Assembly: GCA_964016885.1 (NCBI GenBank)
Contig: OZ024740.1
Coordinates: forward strand, 254,138,001-254,202,000
Source of the DNA: Eledone cirrhosa
Lineage: Eukaryota
Length of the DNA: 64,000 nucleotides
Direction of reading: 5' to 3'
Shown: piece after piece, positions 14,111 to 28,722 of the stretch
Numbering within the stretch: position 1 is the stretch's first letter
How the letters are laid out: each line of letters opens with the position of its first letter
Made by a program: the position numbers and the translations under genes
The notes under the pieces: model-generated
What the model was told of the DNA's origin: nothing
Seen by the model: the letters and a program-made list of their open reading frames with translations, nothing else
The model's database searches: none

Positions 14111-14353
14111 CTGTTCTCAGCTAAGATACCTGGCGATGCGTGGACACAGGGAACTTATACAAAAATAATTCAGTGGATGGAAAAAAGCAAGCGTTGACTA
14201 AATTCCAAGACATTGAGAAAATCACTGCCTACTTGGTCGAAACGGCTGTTCCATGCTTTCCATTTGGAAACCATGTTTATTCCCTTTCAGAAACTAATTA
14301 GTTGGAGTGAAATTTTAGTAAGTTAATTTTTATCATTTTCTTATTTTACGTCA

Positions 14354-14433
<80 letters not shown>

Positions 14434-14457
14434 TATATATATATAGGTATATATAAT

Positions 14458-14628
14458 AATTGTTTCTACGTTAGGCACAAGGCCAGCAATTTCCCAGTGC
14501 ATTAGTGGTACTTTATTTTATCGACCCCGTAAGGCAAAGTCAACCTCGGCGGGATTTGAACTCAGATCGTAAAGGGACGTAACTATGCTGGAAAGCATGG
14601 CGTCCGACCCTCTACCGATACTGCCAAT
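14458..14628 (-). mobile_element. tRNA-derived SINE (family A)
   Basis: Same sequence as the TSD-flanked copies at 31013, 44019, 45187 and 52765. Confidence 0.85.
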
Positions 14629-14803
14629 ATATATACAATATATATAATATATACAATATAGGTATATATAATAATATATACAAGCATATACATATGTTTT
14701 GTGAAGGGAACGTTTCCACGAACCAAAGTATCGTCTTCCTGTCTTCCTCCGGTTGTCACGTCTTTTGAAATATTCACTTCTGCGTTCACAGATTGACTTT
14801 GTT

Positions 14804-14854
14804 AGTTTCAGAAGATCCCGTTAAGGGTGAAAGCAGCGATTCTTTGCTTAAAAT
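14804..14854 (+). ncRNA. Hammerhead-like fold with CAGAAGA core
   Basis: AGTTT-CAGAAGA-TCCC GTTAA GGGT-GAAA-GCA..TGC-TT-AAAAT. Confidence 0.55.
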
Positions 14855-16009
14855 TTAATCTGTTATTTTAATAAATATCTGCTCTACGGTTCTTATATAT
14901 TTGATATATATTTATCCTTATCGAGCCCTCTTTGGATTTTAGTCTTCAAATTTATTATTATTACTATATATACATATATATATATACATATACATATATA
15001 TACATATATATATATATATATGAAATAAAAATAGAGCAAGAAACCAGGACTATCCGTCATCAGTGATCTTCTCGCTATCATCGGTATTTCTTCGCATTAA
15101 AGACCAGATACCTCAAGCCAGCGCGAACAACAACTAAAATAAGTTATTGGGATAGAAAGAATTGGGTGGAGAAAGAGAGACATGTAAAGAAACAAAAATG
15201 GTAAGGCAACGTAAAGAGGGGAAGATGAGAAAACATGTCAGTGATACATGTGAACTTAAGTTCTCGCAAATCATTGACGAGAAGAAAAAAAGACGCGTTC
15301 AAACCCAGCGAAATGTAAGCGAGAAAAGGATTTCACACAAGTCAGACGGGAGGAAGTGAGAGAGGGGGAGTAGCAGAGAGTGAGTGAGTGAAAGTGTGAG
15401 GAAGAGGCTGGCCGAGAGAGGGTGACCAGCAGAGGGGGTGAATGAAAGTAAGAGGGGCAAGGAGAGAGAAGGGAGAGAGAGAGAGGATCATCGCTGCCCT
15501 CTTTGTTCAACACTGACAGAAAAGTATATAGTGTTGATGACAGCTAATAAGCTAGAAATTAGTTCATCGGTCCTTTGTCTGTGTTGAACAAATAGGGCAG
15601 CGATGGTTGCCGAACACTGTACGGCTAATAATTCGGGCTGTTTGTTTACAAACAAACCGAGCATTATAATAAATGTTCGGTAAACCAATACGTACATTTA
15701 TATATATGTGTGCATGTATGTATGTATATACATACTACTGTACGTCTGTATACATATATGCATGTACGTATACATACTTACATTTAAGTATCAGCCATAC
15801 TAAGAGTGAGAAATGAAATTTTATTTTTTCCATTTATCGTTTACGGTACTCCCGGCCGACTAATTCACTCGATCAGCCGTTAATATGCATAAGGAAAGTA
15901 TATATTTTCAAACGTTCAATCAACTGACAGGGAGGTATACGGTGCTGATGACAGCTAATAAGCTAGAAACTAGTTCATCGTTCCTTTGTCAGTGTTGAAC
16001 AAAATGGCA

Positions 16010-18190
16010 ATTGGATTTTACATTTTAATTTATAGAGACGTATGACATAGATAATAACTGGAATTTCTTACGTGACAACTTACTACAGGCCACTGATGAA
16101 CATTGTGGCTGGAGCAGAGCTCCAACCAGACAGAGAGTACCCTGGTGGTGGAACAGCACAGTAGATAAGGCCATTAGAGACAAAAGACTAGCATGGAAAG
16201 CTTGGAAAAAGGGTGAGAATTGGGAAGGATATACAGCCGCTAAGAGAGAAGCTAGTCGTCAGGTGTACTTAGCATACAGGGAGGCTGAGAGTAGGAGGTT
16301 TGCCAATGTTCTGCAACGGGAAGATCAGAGGCGTGCGGTGTTCCACATTGCAAGGCAGTGTATCAATGCAAATCAGGATGTTGTTGGAGATAAATGTGTC
16401 CGGAATGATGCCGGTGTAATTAGTGTCACGAATGATCAGAAAAAGGAGGCCTGCAAATGTCATTATGAGAGACTGATGAATGTGGAGAACGAATGGGAGA
16501 GAGAGAAATTACCCTCAGTAGATCCGACAGAGGGACCAGCTATTGAGATTGACGAATATAGGGTCCAAGAGGCGATTAAGGAAATAAAAAATGGTAAGGC
16601 TGCTGGACCATCGGGGATAGTTGCTGAGATGCTGAAGGGGACGTAGGCACTAAACTGATTGCACGCATCATCAATCAGGCTATATATGGTGGTGCATACC
16701 CAAAGACTGGTGCAGCAGTATTCTCATAAATTGGTACAAAGGTAAAGGGGATGCTCTGGAGAGGAGCAATTATATGGGTATAAAAGTGATGGATCAGGTT
16801 ATGAAAGTGGCAGAAAGTATATTAGCACAACGTATTAGAGAAAGGGTCAAACTAGATGAGATGCAGTTTGATTTTGTGTCTGGGAAGAGTACAACAGATG
16901 CCCTCTTCTTGGTGAGACAATTACAAGAGAGGTTCTTAGAGAAAAATAAGCCACTATACTTAGCCTTTGTTGACCTAGAGCAGGCCTTTGATAGGGTACC
17001 CCGATCTGTCAACTGGTGGTCCCTAAGGAAATTAGGTGTTGAGTAAAGTCAGGGTAGGAATGGAGTTTAGCAAAGAATTCCAGAAGGAGTATGTCAAGGT
17101 TCGGTCCTCAGCCCGCTCTTGTTCATTATAGTCCTCCAAGCCATAACAGAGGAGTTTAAGACTGGCTGTCCATGGGAACCTCTCTATGCTGACGATCTGG
17201 TTCTTATAGCAGAATCAGTAGAGGAGCTAGAGAATAAATTCTGGCTATGGAAACAGCAGTTGGAAGCAAGAGGACAGAGAGTGAACCTAGCTAAGACAAA
17301 AGTATAGATGAGTAGAAAAGAGGACAAAACTCTGATTCCGTCAGGGAAATGGTCATGTTTGATATGCAGAAAAGGAACTGGCATAAATTCTATAAAATGC
17401 ACACAATGCAGATCCTGGGTACACAGGAGATGTAGCGGGATAGCAGGCAAACTAACAGGTAGGGAGAAATACGTATGCAGTAGATGTACAGGGAAAGTTG
17501 GCAGTAGAAGTCGCATTGATAGACACATTTTTCAAATGCAGGCGGGTGCTATAGAAGTGGTGGATAGCTTCCGGTACCTAGGAGATCAGATTAGAATGGG
17601 AGAGGGTGTTCTGAGGCCATAGTATCTAGAATAAGGACGTGTTGGAAGAAGTTTAGGGAGCTGCTTCCTCTGCTGACGAAGAAAGGTTTCTCCCTGCGTA
17701 CTAAAGGCCGGTTATATGATGCCTGTGTGAGGAGCGCGATGCTGCATGGCAGTGAGATATGGGCAGCAATTGTGGAGGATATGTGATGGCTGAAGAGAAA
17801 TGAAGCACGCATGCTCCGTTGGTTGTGCAATGTCAATGTGCGTGAACGACCCAGCATGAATGTGTTGAGACAAAAACTGTGTCTGAGAGGGATAGAATGT
17901 AGTGTGCGAGAGAGAAGACTGAGGTGGTATGGACATGTGATGCGCATGGAGGATGACCGATGGGTGTAGAAGTGCCAGGAAATGCCAGTTGAGGGAAGAC
18001 GTGGTAGAGGTAGACCACGAAAAACATGGGCGGAGGTGATGAGAACAAACCTCAGATCGCTGAAGCTCACGGTGGAGATGACGAAGGACCGTGACAAGTG
18101 GAGAGATGCTGAATAAGACCAGTCCCACCCTTGCAAGCAGGGAAGAGCGGACGTAAAATGATGATGATGATGATGATGATGTGGATGATG
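16010..18190 (+). mobile_element. RTE (BovB-like) LINE, 5'-truncated, with (ATG)n tail
   Basis: GKAAGPSGI, AFVDLEQAFDRVPR, LYADD, PHD-like Cys insert, GRGRPRKTW; ends with (ATG)n. Confidence 0.9.
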
Positions 18191-18230
18191 ATATATACAT
18201 ACATATATATACATACATATTTATACATAC

Positions 18231-18284
<54 letters not shown>

Positions 18285-18314
18285 GCACATATATATATAT
18301 ATATATACATACAT

Positions 18315-19335
18315 ATGGTGGCTGCCAACTCGTTTTCGTGTACGGCCAATACTTTATATCCATCTAGGAGAACCTCTACCGATGCGCTGAACGAATATGA
18401 CTGGGCCCATGGTATCATCTGACGACAAGTGCAGAGAGATCTCCAGATACAAAGCAATGCCTGTGCCGTGAAGCTTTTATAGTGAGCAAAGGCACTGCAC
18501 AAAGCCAGTCCCACTCTCTTAACCAAGATGATATTTACCAAAAAGAAGAACAAGTCAACATCATTGGATACCATCAGGGTTGCAGGTGTTATATCAGAGT
18601 TTTCCTTCTCCTAGAATTCTGCCTTGACAAAGGCTAAGGGGTCATCTCTCCCAGTGATTTTGGATGGCCATTGACTCTTAAGAGCTCCTTTGCCCTTTGA
18701 CAGGTCACGAAGTGGTGACCTGACATATCCAAGTGGTGACCTGACATATATATATACATACATATATATATATATACATGGTGGCTGCCAACTCGTTTTC
18801 GAGTACGGCCAATACTTTATATCCATCTAGGAGAACCCCTACCGATGCGCTGAACGAATATGACTTTTTAGTCCAGCCAGCGACTTGAAAACTCTGGTAC
18901 AAACACTACACCTGTGACAATTATTGACACATAGTGCTGGGCCCATGGTACCATGTAACGACAAGTGCAGAAAGATCTCCAGATATAAAGCAATGCCTGT
19001 GCCGTGAAGCTTTTATAGTGAGCAAAGGCACTGCACAAAGCCAGTCCCACTCCCTTAACCAAGATGATATTTACCAAAAAGAAGAACAAGTCAACATCAT
19101 TGGATACCATCAGGGTTGCAGGTGTTATATCAGAGTTTTCCTTCTCCTAGAATTCTGCCTTGACAAAGGCTAAGGGGTCATCTCTCCCGGTGATTTTGAA
19201 TGGCCATTGACTCTTAAGAGCTCCTTTGCCCTTTGACAGGTTTTGTTTTTAGTCCTGCAGGATGTCCAAAGTCACCCTCCTCACCAAGAAACCTTGGCGG
19301 GGTTGCCAGTTTAGTCGCCAACGACCCGACCATGA
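18315..19335. repeat. Tandem duplication of a ~400-460 bp interspersed repeat separated by (TA)n; partial copy at 22513-22680
   Basis: 18315-18705 matches 18779-19240 except for an internal ~70 bp deletion. Confidence 0.8.
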
Positions 19336-19353
19336 TATATGTATACATACATA

Positions 19354-19389
<36 letters not shown>

Positions 19390-19471
19390 TACATATATAT
19401 ACATACATACATATACATACATACATATATATATACATATATATATATATACATATATACATATATACATA

Positions 19472-19505
<34 letters not shown>

Positions 19506-20328
19506 TATACGTATATATATGTGTGTAGCGAAATCTGTCCGCGCCTTGAATTTTGGGTGATATCTAAAGGTTAAATTTTAGGTCACCACATTTATTGTGT
19601 TAACAAGTTTATGCGTGGGCTGTCCTTTCAGAAAGGGGGACAGGAAGTGACAGCTATATATAGGGCCTGTATCAGGCCATTCCACACAGAGACATCGAAG
19701 CGATAGGATATACAACTAACTATGTAAGGATTTACTGCTATAAATAGATCTCCAGTGGTCTACAGCCAGAGACATCGGAGCACCCCACTACAGAACAAGC
19801 TATGTAAAGATTCACCACTATTCAACAGACCCCATGATACACACAGCGATTGGAACCCTGCAATACAGAACACAAATGTGGAAGATTCAGTTCACGGGAA
19901 GATTCAGTTCTCGGTATTTCTCAGTTACTACAGACCATTCAGAGCTATACGTGGTCTAACAACTATTACCACGAATTCCAACAACAACAACAATTATCTG
20001 TAACTCGCTGTTTTAACACCAACAACAACAACAACAGACTTCAACAGCCTCACATTAACAACAAAATAATCTTGTCAATCTTTACAACTTATGGTAACTG
20101 TTTTTATATGTACTTATTAAATAATTCACCTGAAGTAAACTTTATATATACCCAAATCTTAATATTCTTTATATTCCTTATATTCTTTATATTTATGTTA
20201 TCTCTTCTAACAACATTGTTATTATCATAACAACTAAATAACCAACATATCTATTCTATACATATTACCATACTATACATTATATAACTATTTCTTTCTT
20301 ATTTATACCCTTCGTTAAATATATATAC

Positions 20329-20362
<34 letters not shown>

Positions 20363-20402
20363 TTACATATATATTTACATATATATATATATATATATAT
20401 GT

Positions 20403-20521
20403 GAAGGCGTGTGGCTGAGTGGTTAGAGAATTGGATTCGCAATCGTAAGGTTGTGAGTTCGATTCCTGGACCAGGCGATGCGTTATGTCCTTGAGCAAGA
20501 CACTTTATTTCACGTTGCTCC
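20403..20521 (+). mobile_element. tRNA-derived SINE (family B), truncated
   Basis: A box TGGCTGAGTGG, B box GAGTTCGATTCC, followed by TGTCCTTGAGCAAGACACTT. Confidence 0.75.
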
Positions 20522-20693
20522 TTCTACCTAGAGTTGCGACCGATAGATAGTATTAGCAATTGGAAAGACCAACGGAAACATTGTTCCCTCGGTTCGATTT
20601 GACGAAAGTCGATCGTTCCTATATATATATATATATTTACATATATATATATATATATATACACACACTCATATATATATATATATATATATA

Positions 20694-21083
20694 TACAAGT
20701 TAATATAAATTAATATATGATAAACACATAAGTGTTTGTATTGTAAATGACCAAGTTAGCTAGAATGAAATATACTAATTAAAATAAATATAGTTTGCCT
20801 GTCTCGATTTAAAATAATAAATCAATAAAAACAAGCCCATATTGGCAATACCTGTTATTGCCAATATGGGCTTGTTTTTATTGATTTATTATTTTAAATC
20901 GAGACAGGCAAACTATATTTATTTTAATTAGTATATTTCATTCTAGCTAACTTGGTCATTTACAATACAAACACTTATGTGTTTATCATATATTAATTTA
21001 TATTAACTTGTATTTCCGGCTCAGAAATGCTTCTTTCTTTGAGCTAATTAATTGTAAAGGACTGTTTGAGTTTATAACTCTAA

Positions 21084-21088
<5 letters not shown>
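20694..21088. mobile_element. Near-perfect palindromic foldback (~155 bp arms, 5 nt loop) plus ~75 bp tail, in (TA)n
   Basis: Centre ATTGGCAATA-cctgt-TATTGCCAAT at 20841-20865. Confidence 0.85.
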
Positions 21089-21165
<77 letters not shown>

Positions 21166-22286
21166 AAGACAGGGGGGAAGAAAAAATACCTTCACTTGTG
21201 CTTTCAACAAATTTATTTTCTTCACAAAATCCGAAAAGAATTTTTTTCCGGATTAGAAAAAAAAATTTTTTCTGAAAAAAAATTATTTTATAAATTAAGT
21301 TAGGTCTTAGGAGTTCTTGGTTAACGTAGGAGGTATTGTTTCGTTTTTAGAACGACCTTTCACGTTGAGGTGCGCTTGTCAAACTGATGTGTATGTGGTG
21401 TGTTGTTCTATATATAGGGATTTGACATGTCTGTGGTGTGGTGTGGTGTGGTGGGGGGTTTTTTCTCTCCCCCTTTTTAATAAGTGTATGGGTGTAGGTG
21501 TGTTGAAAAAGTGTTAATAGCAGTATATTCACTAATCAAATATCAGAAATTATAAATTAAACAATTAAGAAATTAACAATTAGAAATTAAAGAATTAAGA
21601 AAAGAATTTAAAAAATTCTTTTCAGGTGATAATTCGGATTGAGGTGAGTAAAAATATAGACTGAAATGAGTAAATAATATGGAGAGAGGTGTTTAAGAAA
21701 TATGTTCTGAGAGGGATTCTAGTGTCACAGTTACTCTATCCACATATTGAACGACAGTGTCGTACATTATAACTACAGGGCTCCAGGCATTAGTGAATCT
21801 GGTACACAGTCCTAATTTCCATCATATGGAACAATTAGGTTTTTAATTTTTATTTCCAACTCTCACTCTTAACTTCCAACGTAAAACCATGATACCTAGA
21901 ATAAGTTTATTTTCCCTAATAAGGTGATGGTCAGTAGTACCGTCAACGCTTAGTGAGGGGTAGTATTATGACCTGTAAAAACTAACACTCTCCCATCCCC
22001 TCTGGCTCTCGGCTGACTGCCACAGCCGTGATGGGTAGCAGTAAAATATGGTACAGGCATTGGTGGGCCATTGTTTTGGATGACAAGGTGAACTGACTAA
22101 GCAAATTTCGTTGAAGTCTGCGGTGGAGAATGGTCAACTTCCTTCGGACATGCGCTTGCGCAGGCCGGTGGGGGTGAATTGGTACTCACAAGGGAGCGGA
22201 TGAAAAACCCAAGAACACGCAATTCATCCGTTCCCTTGTCGATCCAATTTGGATTGCCTCGGAAACATAACCTTCTAATGTAACAA

Positions 22287-22360
22287 GCTGTCTGATGATG
22301 ACACGACACTCGCACACAGAACAATGTGGCCAGTGTCGTCACTGAAATATATATCACAGC
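22287..22360 (+). ncRNA. Type I hammerhead ribozyme
   Basis: GCTGT-CTGATGA-stem II (ACGACACT/AGTGTCGT)-GAAA-TATATA-TC-ACAGC. Confidence 0.8.
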
Positions 22361-22706
22361 ATTATTATTAAAGGACTTGAACATCTGAAACTACTTCGCT
22401 TTTCCTTATTCTATATATATATATATATATATATATTAAAATAACAGATTAAAGTTTAAGCAAAGAATCGGTGATTTCACCCTATTATTATTACTATATC
22501 ATACATATATACATGGTGGCTGCCAACTCGTTTTTGAGTAAGGCCACTACTTTATATCCATGTAGGAAAACCCCTAGCGATGCGCTGAACGAGTGTGACA
22601 TTTTAGTCCAGCCAGCGACTTGAAAACTCTGGTACAAACACTACACTTGTGACAATTATTGACACATAGTGCTGGGCCCATACATATATATACATATATA
22701 CACACT

Positions 22707-22814
<108 letters not shown>

Positions 22815-22831
22815 CATGTATATATATATAT

Positions 22832-25800
22832 AGGAAAAAGTATGACCTCGACGGCAGAGCTCAAGCCGTTTCGACGGCTATTTCTGGACTAAATTAGAAT
22901 TTTTAGCCTGATGAATAAATAGCCGAACTTTTCAAGGGGGTACTTCCTTATATGGGAAGATTGTAGTTGTGAAGAGGATTGGTTAAAATTTGTTGTAAAC
23001 ACAAATAAGTCTATCATGGCATTTGGTGGGAAGTAGGGGTGGCTGAACTTGCCTGTAGAACAATAAGGGAGTGAGTGGAGCGGTAAAGCGTTGAAAGTGA
23101 TATGTATACAGCAGATTCTAAGGATAGTGTATGAAGTGGAGGAGGGAGGTTATATAATAGGTAAATCGAAAGAGAGTGGGAGACAATAAAAGATACTAGA
23201 AAGAAATACAAAAAATAAAAAAATATATAAAATTAGATAGTGAGAAATGAATAAAGAAATCACAATGTTATCTTACAATTACAGGTTAATAAGTTGAGAA
23301 TAGAAAAAACTTATAGAAATTACAAAACAGATACAAACTTAAAGGGGTTTTTAACATGTCTGCTATAAGAAGTTAGTAAAACGTATTCGGCCAATTCTAT
23401 CTTAAAGTAATAGGGGTGGGGGAACTGATGCTACAAGGCCCCATCGGCTGCATCGGGGTAGGCGAAAGGGGAAAGCAGACGAGGAAGAAAATAGGGGATG
23501 GAAGGAAGTGATAGGATGAGACAGGGGGAAGAAGGAGACAAAGAGGAAAAGAAATGAGATACATTTACCCATGTAAGCTGGGGTTTCCCCTAACTTATTC
23601 GGCAAGTGTGTGTGTGTGGGGGGGGTATCAGCCCTAGTCTACTCACCCGGGTCGTTATAGGGTTTGAGGGCGAGATAAGTCCTACGCAATCTGTTTGCAT
23701 GCGGTTACCAGTTCATCTTTCTTGTTTAGGAGTTGGTCCTTCGAAAACAGCATTTGTAATGTTTTCTCCGAGCATAAGTTACACGGACGGCGTCCTCCCG
23801 TGTAAGAGTTAGCTCTGGACAGTGAGCTTGTAGGTTATATTGTTATCTTGGAGGTCCCAGATGTGGCCCGAAAGTGTAGTGGCTGTCGCCGAACCGGGTT
23901 TCGGAAAGTGTTGGTAGAGCCGGGTCTTGAAGTCACACGCGGTTAATCCTATATAAGCTTTGTTGGAGGTGTCCGTCCTCACGTTGCACTGGAAGATCAC
24001 GTTACGTTCTCGGCATTTGTTGTTGAGGGAACACGTGGATCTATCAGGGCAGTTACACCTCCTGGCTGGCTCTCCACTGATGTCTAGGTCATTTCTTCCA
24101 TAGGGGTTGAGTTTTTTGTTGTTTGAGGAGACGATGTTTTGTGCGAAGTTAGGTGTGGTGCTGTAGAAGAGTTTGATGGTGTTTTTGTTGATTATGTTGT
24201 GGTAGCGGTGTTGTAGTGGGAAGTGTTTTTCGAGGAGTCTAAAGAAGATTTTCCCGATAGGTGTTGCCACCTCGGCATTGTGGGGGAGGATTTAACCACG
24301 TTACGTTGCGTGAGCGGCGGTGTCGCCTGCTGGTTCTGCTAAGGGAAGCTGGATAAAAGTATATTTCCTCCCAGGAGCCACTCCGCTTGAGGGCCTGGTT
24401 GTAATGAGGAGCGTGTTCTCATTAGCGGACAAACGAGATATGCGGAGGGAGATGTTTTTAACCAGGTTATTCGTGATGTTTCTAGGGTGGTTAGAGCGGC
24501 GATGGATGTAGTGCAGGTTGCCGTTTGGTTTACTGTATGGGTAGTACAGATCATTCTCGAGGTTAAGGGTAACGTCCAGGAAATTGACTCGGGTTAGGGA
24601 CGTTTGTAGGGTGATTTTAAATCCCTAGTCCCGGAAGAAGTTGATTAGTTGTTTACGGACCCGGTCTGTACTACTGGGGTTGTACCCTTTGAGGGTGAGG
24701 AGCCCATCATCCCGGTACAATCCACCGCCGAATGCAGAAAACATTTCGGTGAGTTTAAATAGTAGGAATAATCCTATAAGATCTGTGACCTCGGCCGAAT
24801 CCGTCGCGACCATACTGACGTCGAAGGGGGAGTTGGGATCTCTCTTTATCTACTTGGAAAATGATATTTCTTTCCTAGTCAGTGATGGGTGTGAGTGTTT
24901 CGGCAAAGTCCAAGGCGGCCGTAAGGAGCGGTAAGGTAACAGATGCATAGTAACTCTCTATGTCAAACTGGATGAATTTTCTGTCTCGTTTATCCTCCAT
25001 ATTCCTGAACCATGAGATTACTTCCTGGGTGCTGACCCATAAGCTAAGTCTCACGTTTTGCTTAACTTTTGGTACAACTCGGTCTAGGATCTTTTTACTG
25101 ATTCTCCTTATGTCCGACTTCGTTGGGTTTATAAGCCTAATGGGTAGCTTGCGGTCGAAGTCGGATTTGTGGTCCTTCAGTGTGAAGTAGGGAGTCCGTG
25201 GGTCTAGGTGTTCAGTGCGGTCGGCGACCCCGAGTCTGGAGGTAATTTGTTGTCCATCTCGATTTATGTCCTCGATAATTGACTGGTTAGCCTTTTTATA
25301 GGCGGAGTTTAGGCTGCTCCTGATCAGTGTGTGGTATCTGTCAGGGTTAACGAAGTAGAGGTTTCCAGTTTTGTCCGAGTGCACAATGATGTCGTTGGTG
25401 TTTTCATATTCTGTTATTTTTCTACGGAGTTGTTGTAGGAATCTGTTGTCTGGGTTTGAATTTAATGCTGTTGACCAGGTGGAAAAGGTCGTTCTCGAAG
25501 GGTGAGAGCATAGGGTTCGGAGGGGGAGATTTTTAGGTATTGAATCCGAATCTCTCCTTGGTGTCGAAGTCCATATTGTCGCGGTATCTATCGTAGAAAA
25601 AAGTTCTCCATCTATTCTTCTACAGGCAAGTTCAGCCACCCCTACTTCCCACCAAATGCCATGATAGACTTATTTGTGTTTACAACAAACAAATTGTAAC
25701 CAATCCTCTTGACAACTACAATCTTCCCATATAAGGAAGTACCCCTCTTGAAAAGTTCGGCTATTTATTCACCAGGCTAAAAATTCTAATTTAGTCCAGA

Positions 25801-25932
25801 AATAGCCATCGAAACGGCTTGAGCTCTGCCGTCGGGGTCATACTTTTTCCTACTTCCCACTCTTCTACCCTAAGTATTGAGTACTCTGGTGCGTTATGGG
25901 CCTTTTGGTTCCTTACCACAATTCCTTTGTTA
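22832..25932 (-). mobile_element. Penelope-like element (RT+GIY-YIG, frameshifted) with inverted pLTR at 25618-25932
   Basis: ORF pieces 24875-25610, 24625-24813 (GGLYRDDGL) and 23809-24270 (CNCP..C, AYIGLT); 25618-25851 is the reverse complement of 22832-23060. Confidence 0.92.
22845..22941 (-). ncRNA. Hammerhead with U3-A8 core (TTGAAAA), sense to the PLE ORF; mirror copy at 25741-25838
   Basis: ACCCC-TTGAAAA-GTTCGGCTATTT...AAATAGCCGTC-GAAA-CGGC..GCCG-TC-GAGGT. Confidence 0.7.
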
Positions 25933-26591
25933 TATATTTGGAAGATGATGAAGGACAAACTTTTTTCATATGTAACCCATTTGCAACTCCGCAGCGCCCT
26001 TATTATCATATTTACACATATTTTTTTCCTCTGCTGCTACACCGTCTTTTTCGTTCTATGTATCTTTACCCTTTCTAGCAGTCTCTCCCTCTGTTAGCCT
26101 CTTCCTCACCTCACCCTTCACTCACTCATTCTCTGCACTACCTCTCCTCCTCCTCCTCTTTCTTCCCGTTTCTTTTCTCTCACATTCTCGGCCAAGCTGG
26201 TCGGAATTTTTTCTCTCTCGACTACGATTTCACAGAACTTATGTTTACCGAATTCGCAGACCAGACCCCTTCTTCCTCCCGTTAGACCTGTAGCGAAATT
26301 CCTTCCTTGCTCACATTTCAACCAGGTTTGATGGTCTTTATTCTCTCGTTCACGATTTCACCGAACTTAAATTCATAGAAATCTGGGACTTGTCTCCTTC
26401 TTCCTCGCTTTCTGTTGCCTCACCATTTTGTTTGTTTACCCTCGCGTCCCCTTTATTTACGTGTCCCAACGACTTTTTTTAGCCGTTGCTCGCACCAACC
26501 GGAGGTATATCGTCTTTAAAGCGATGAAATGCCTATGATAGTTGGAAGATCACTGATGAAGAACAAACTTTTTTCATATATATATATATAT

Positions 26592-26731
26592 ATAACGGAG
26601 GAAATGTGGTAAGGAACCAGGTGGACCATAACGCACCAAAGTACTCAATACTTAGGGTAGTAGAGTGGGTAATAGGAACGAGTAGGACCCCGACGGCTGA
26701 GCTCAAGCCGTTTCGACGGCTAATTCTGGAC
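26592..26731 (-). mobile_element. Very short PLE 3' terminus (3' half of HHR plus tail) in (TA)n
   Basis: Reverse complement is similar to 57353-57492. Confidence 0.85.
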
Positions 26732-26735
26732 GCAG

Positions 26736-26789
<54 letters not shown>

Positions 26790-26794
<5 letters not shown>

Positions 26795-27948
26795 TATTTA
26801 CACGTACATACATATATGTATACAGACGTACAGTAGTATGTATATATATATACATACATGCACACATATATATATATGTACGTATGGATTCACCGAACAT
26901 TTATTATAATGCTCGGTGTGTTTGTAAACAAACATCCCGTATTAAGCCGTAGTGTCCAACAACCATCGTTGCTCGTTTGTTCAACACTGACAAAGGAACG
27001 CTGTACTAGTTTCAAGCTTATTAGCTATCGTCAGCAACGTATAACTTCCTGCCAGATTGTTGAACTAAGAGTGGGAAATGAAATTTCGTTTCATTTTTTC
27101 CGTTTATCGTTTTCGGTGCACCCGGCCGATTAACCCACTCGATATGCAAATTGGGCTACTCAGCCGTTAATATGCATAAGGTAAGTATATACGTTCAACA
27201 ATCTGGCAGGAAGGTATACGTTGCTGACGATAGCTAATAAGCTTGAAACTAGTACAGCGTTCCTTTGTCAGTGTTGAACAAACGAGCAACGATGGTTGCT
27301 GGACACTACGGCTTAATACGGGATGTTTGTTTACAAACACACCGAGCATTATAATAAATGTTCGGTGAATCCATACGTACATATATATATGTGTGTATGT
27401 ATGTATATATATATACATACTACTGTACGTCTGTATACATATATGTATGTACGTGTACATACTTATATTTAAGTAACAGCCGTACTAACAGTGGAAAATG
27501 AAATTTCGTTTCATTTTTTCCGTTTATCGTTTTCGGCGCACCCGGCCGATTAACCCACTCGATATGCAAATTGGGCTACTCAGCCGTTAATATGCATAAG
27601 GTAAGTATATACGTTCAACAATCTGGCAGGAAGGTATACGTTGCTGACGATAGCTAATAAGCTTGAAACTAGTACAGCGTTCCTTTGTCAGTGTTGATCA
27701 AACGAGCAATGATGGTTGCTGGACACTACGGCTTAATACGGGATGCTTGTTTACAAACACACCGAGCATTATAATAAATGTTCGGTGAATCCATACGTAC
27801 ATATATATATATATGTGTGTGCATGTATGTATATATATATACATACTACTGTACGTCTGTATACATATATGTATGTACGTGTACATACTTATATTTAAGT
27901 AACAGCCGTACTAAGAGTGGGAAATGAAATTTCGTTTCATTTTTTCCG

Positions 27949-27950
<2 letters not shown>
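26790..27950. repeat. ~420-435 bp repeat unit, one inverted and two tandem copies
   Basis: 26790-27063 is inverted relative to 27190-27475; the unit is repeated to 27950. Confidence 0.85.
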
Positions 27951-27989
<39 letters not shown>

Positions 27990-28047
27990 TAAACAAATAA
28001 TGAATAAACAATTTCTTATATTAAACAAAAAGAGTTCATTATTTATC

Positions 28048-28123
<76 letters not shown>

Positions 28124-28611
28124 CATATATACACACTGTTTTTCGTGGGGATAAGTTTTTATTAATTTTCGTATTCTGAAAGATCAAAATACAACATTTT
28201 TGCTCACTGGACTCCGGAGAAATGTTCTGACAAAAGCTGTGGAAGCTACAGAAATATTCCATATATTCTTCTATTTAAATTTTACATTTTACGTTTACTT
28301 GCCCTCCATAGCAAAATGGCTATAAATTCAAATTTTGAAAAAAGAAGAAAAGAGACACGTTAACTATGTACTTGATATATCTCACTGCTCCCACGCCACC
28401 ACAATAACGTCTACACTCACTCCCTACCACCACCACCACTACGTAAGTCATTACCCTATCTACACTAAGGTGACTGACCTGCTGCCAAACTCCTTTCTCT
28501 GTGTTGAATGTGTGTGTATATATATTATATATCACTGACCTGTTGCTAAACTCCTTTCTCTGTATTGAATGTGTGTGTGTATATGTATATATGTATGTAT
28601 ATATGTATGTG

Positions 28612-28722
<111 letters not shown>

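Noticed and set aside
19524-20090. Possible solo LTR starting TGTAGCG with a TATA box
   Set aside because: No matching 3' terminus or TSD could be identified.
22908-22914. CTGATGA on the plus strand
   Set aside because: It lies antisense within the stem II loop of the minus-strand HHR and is not conserved in sister copies.
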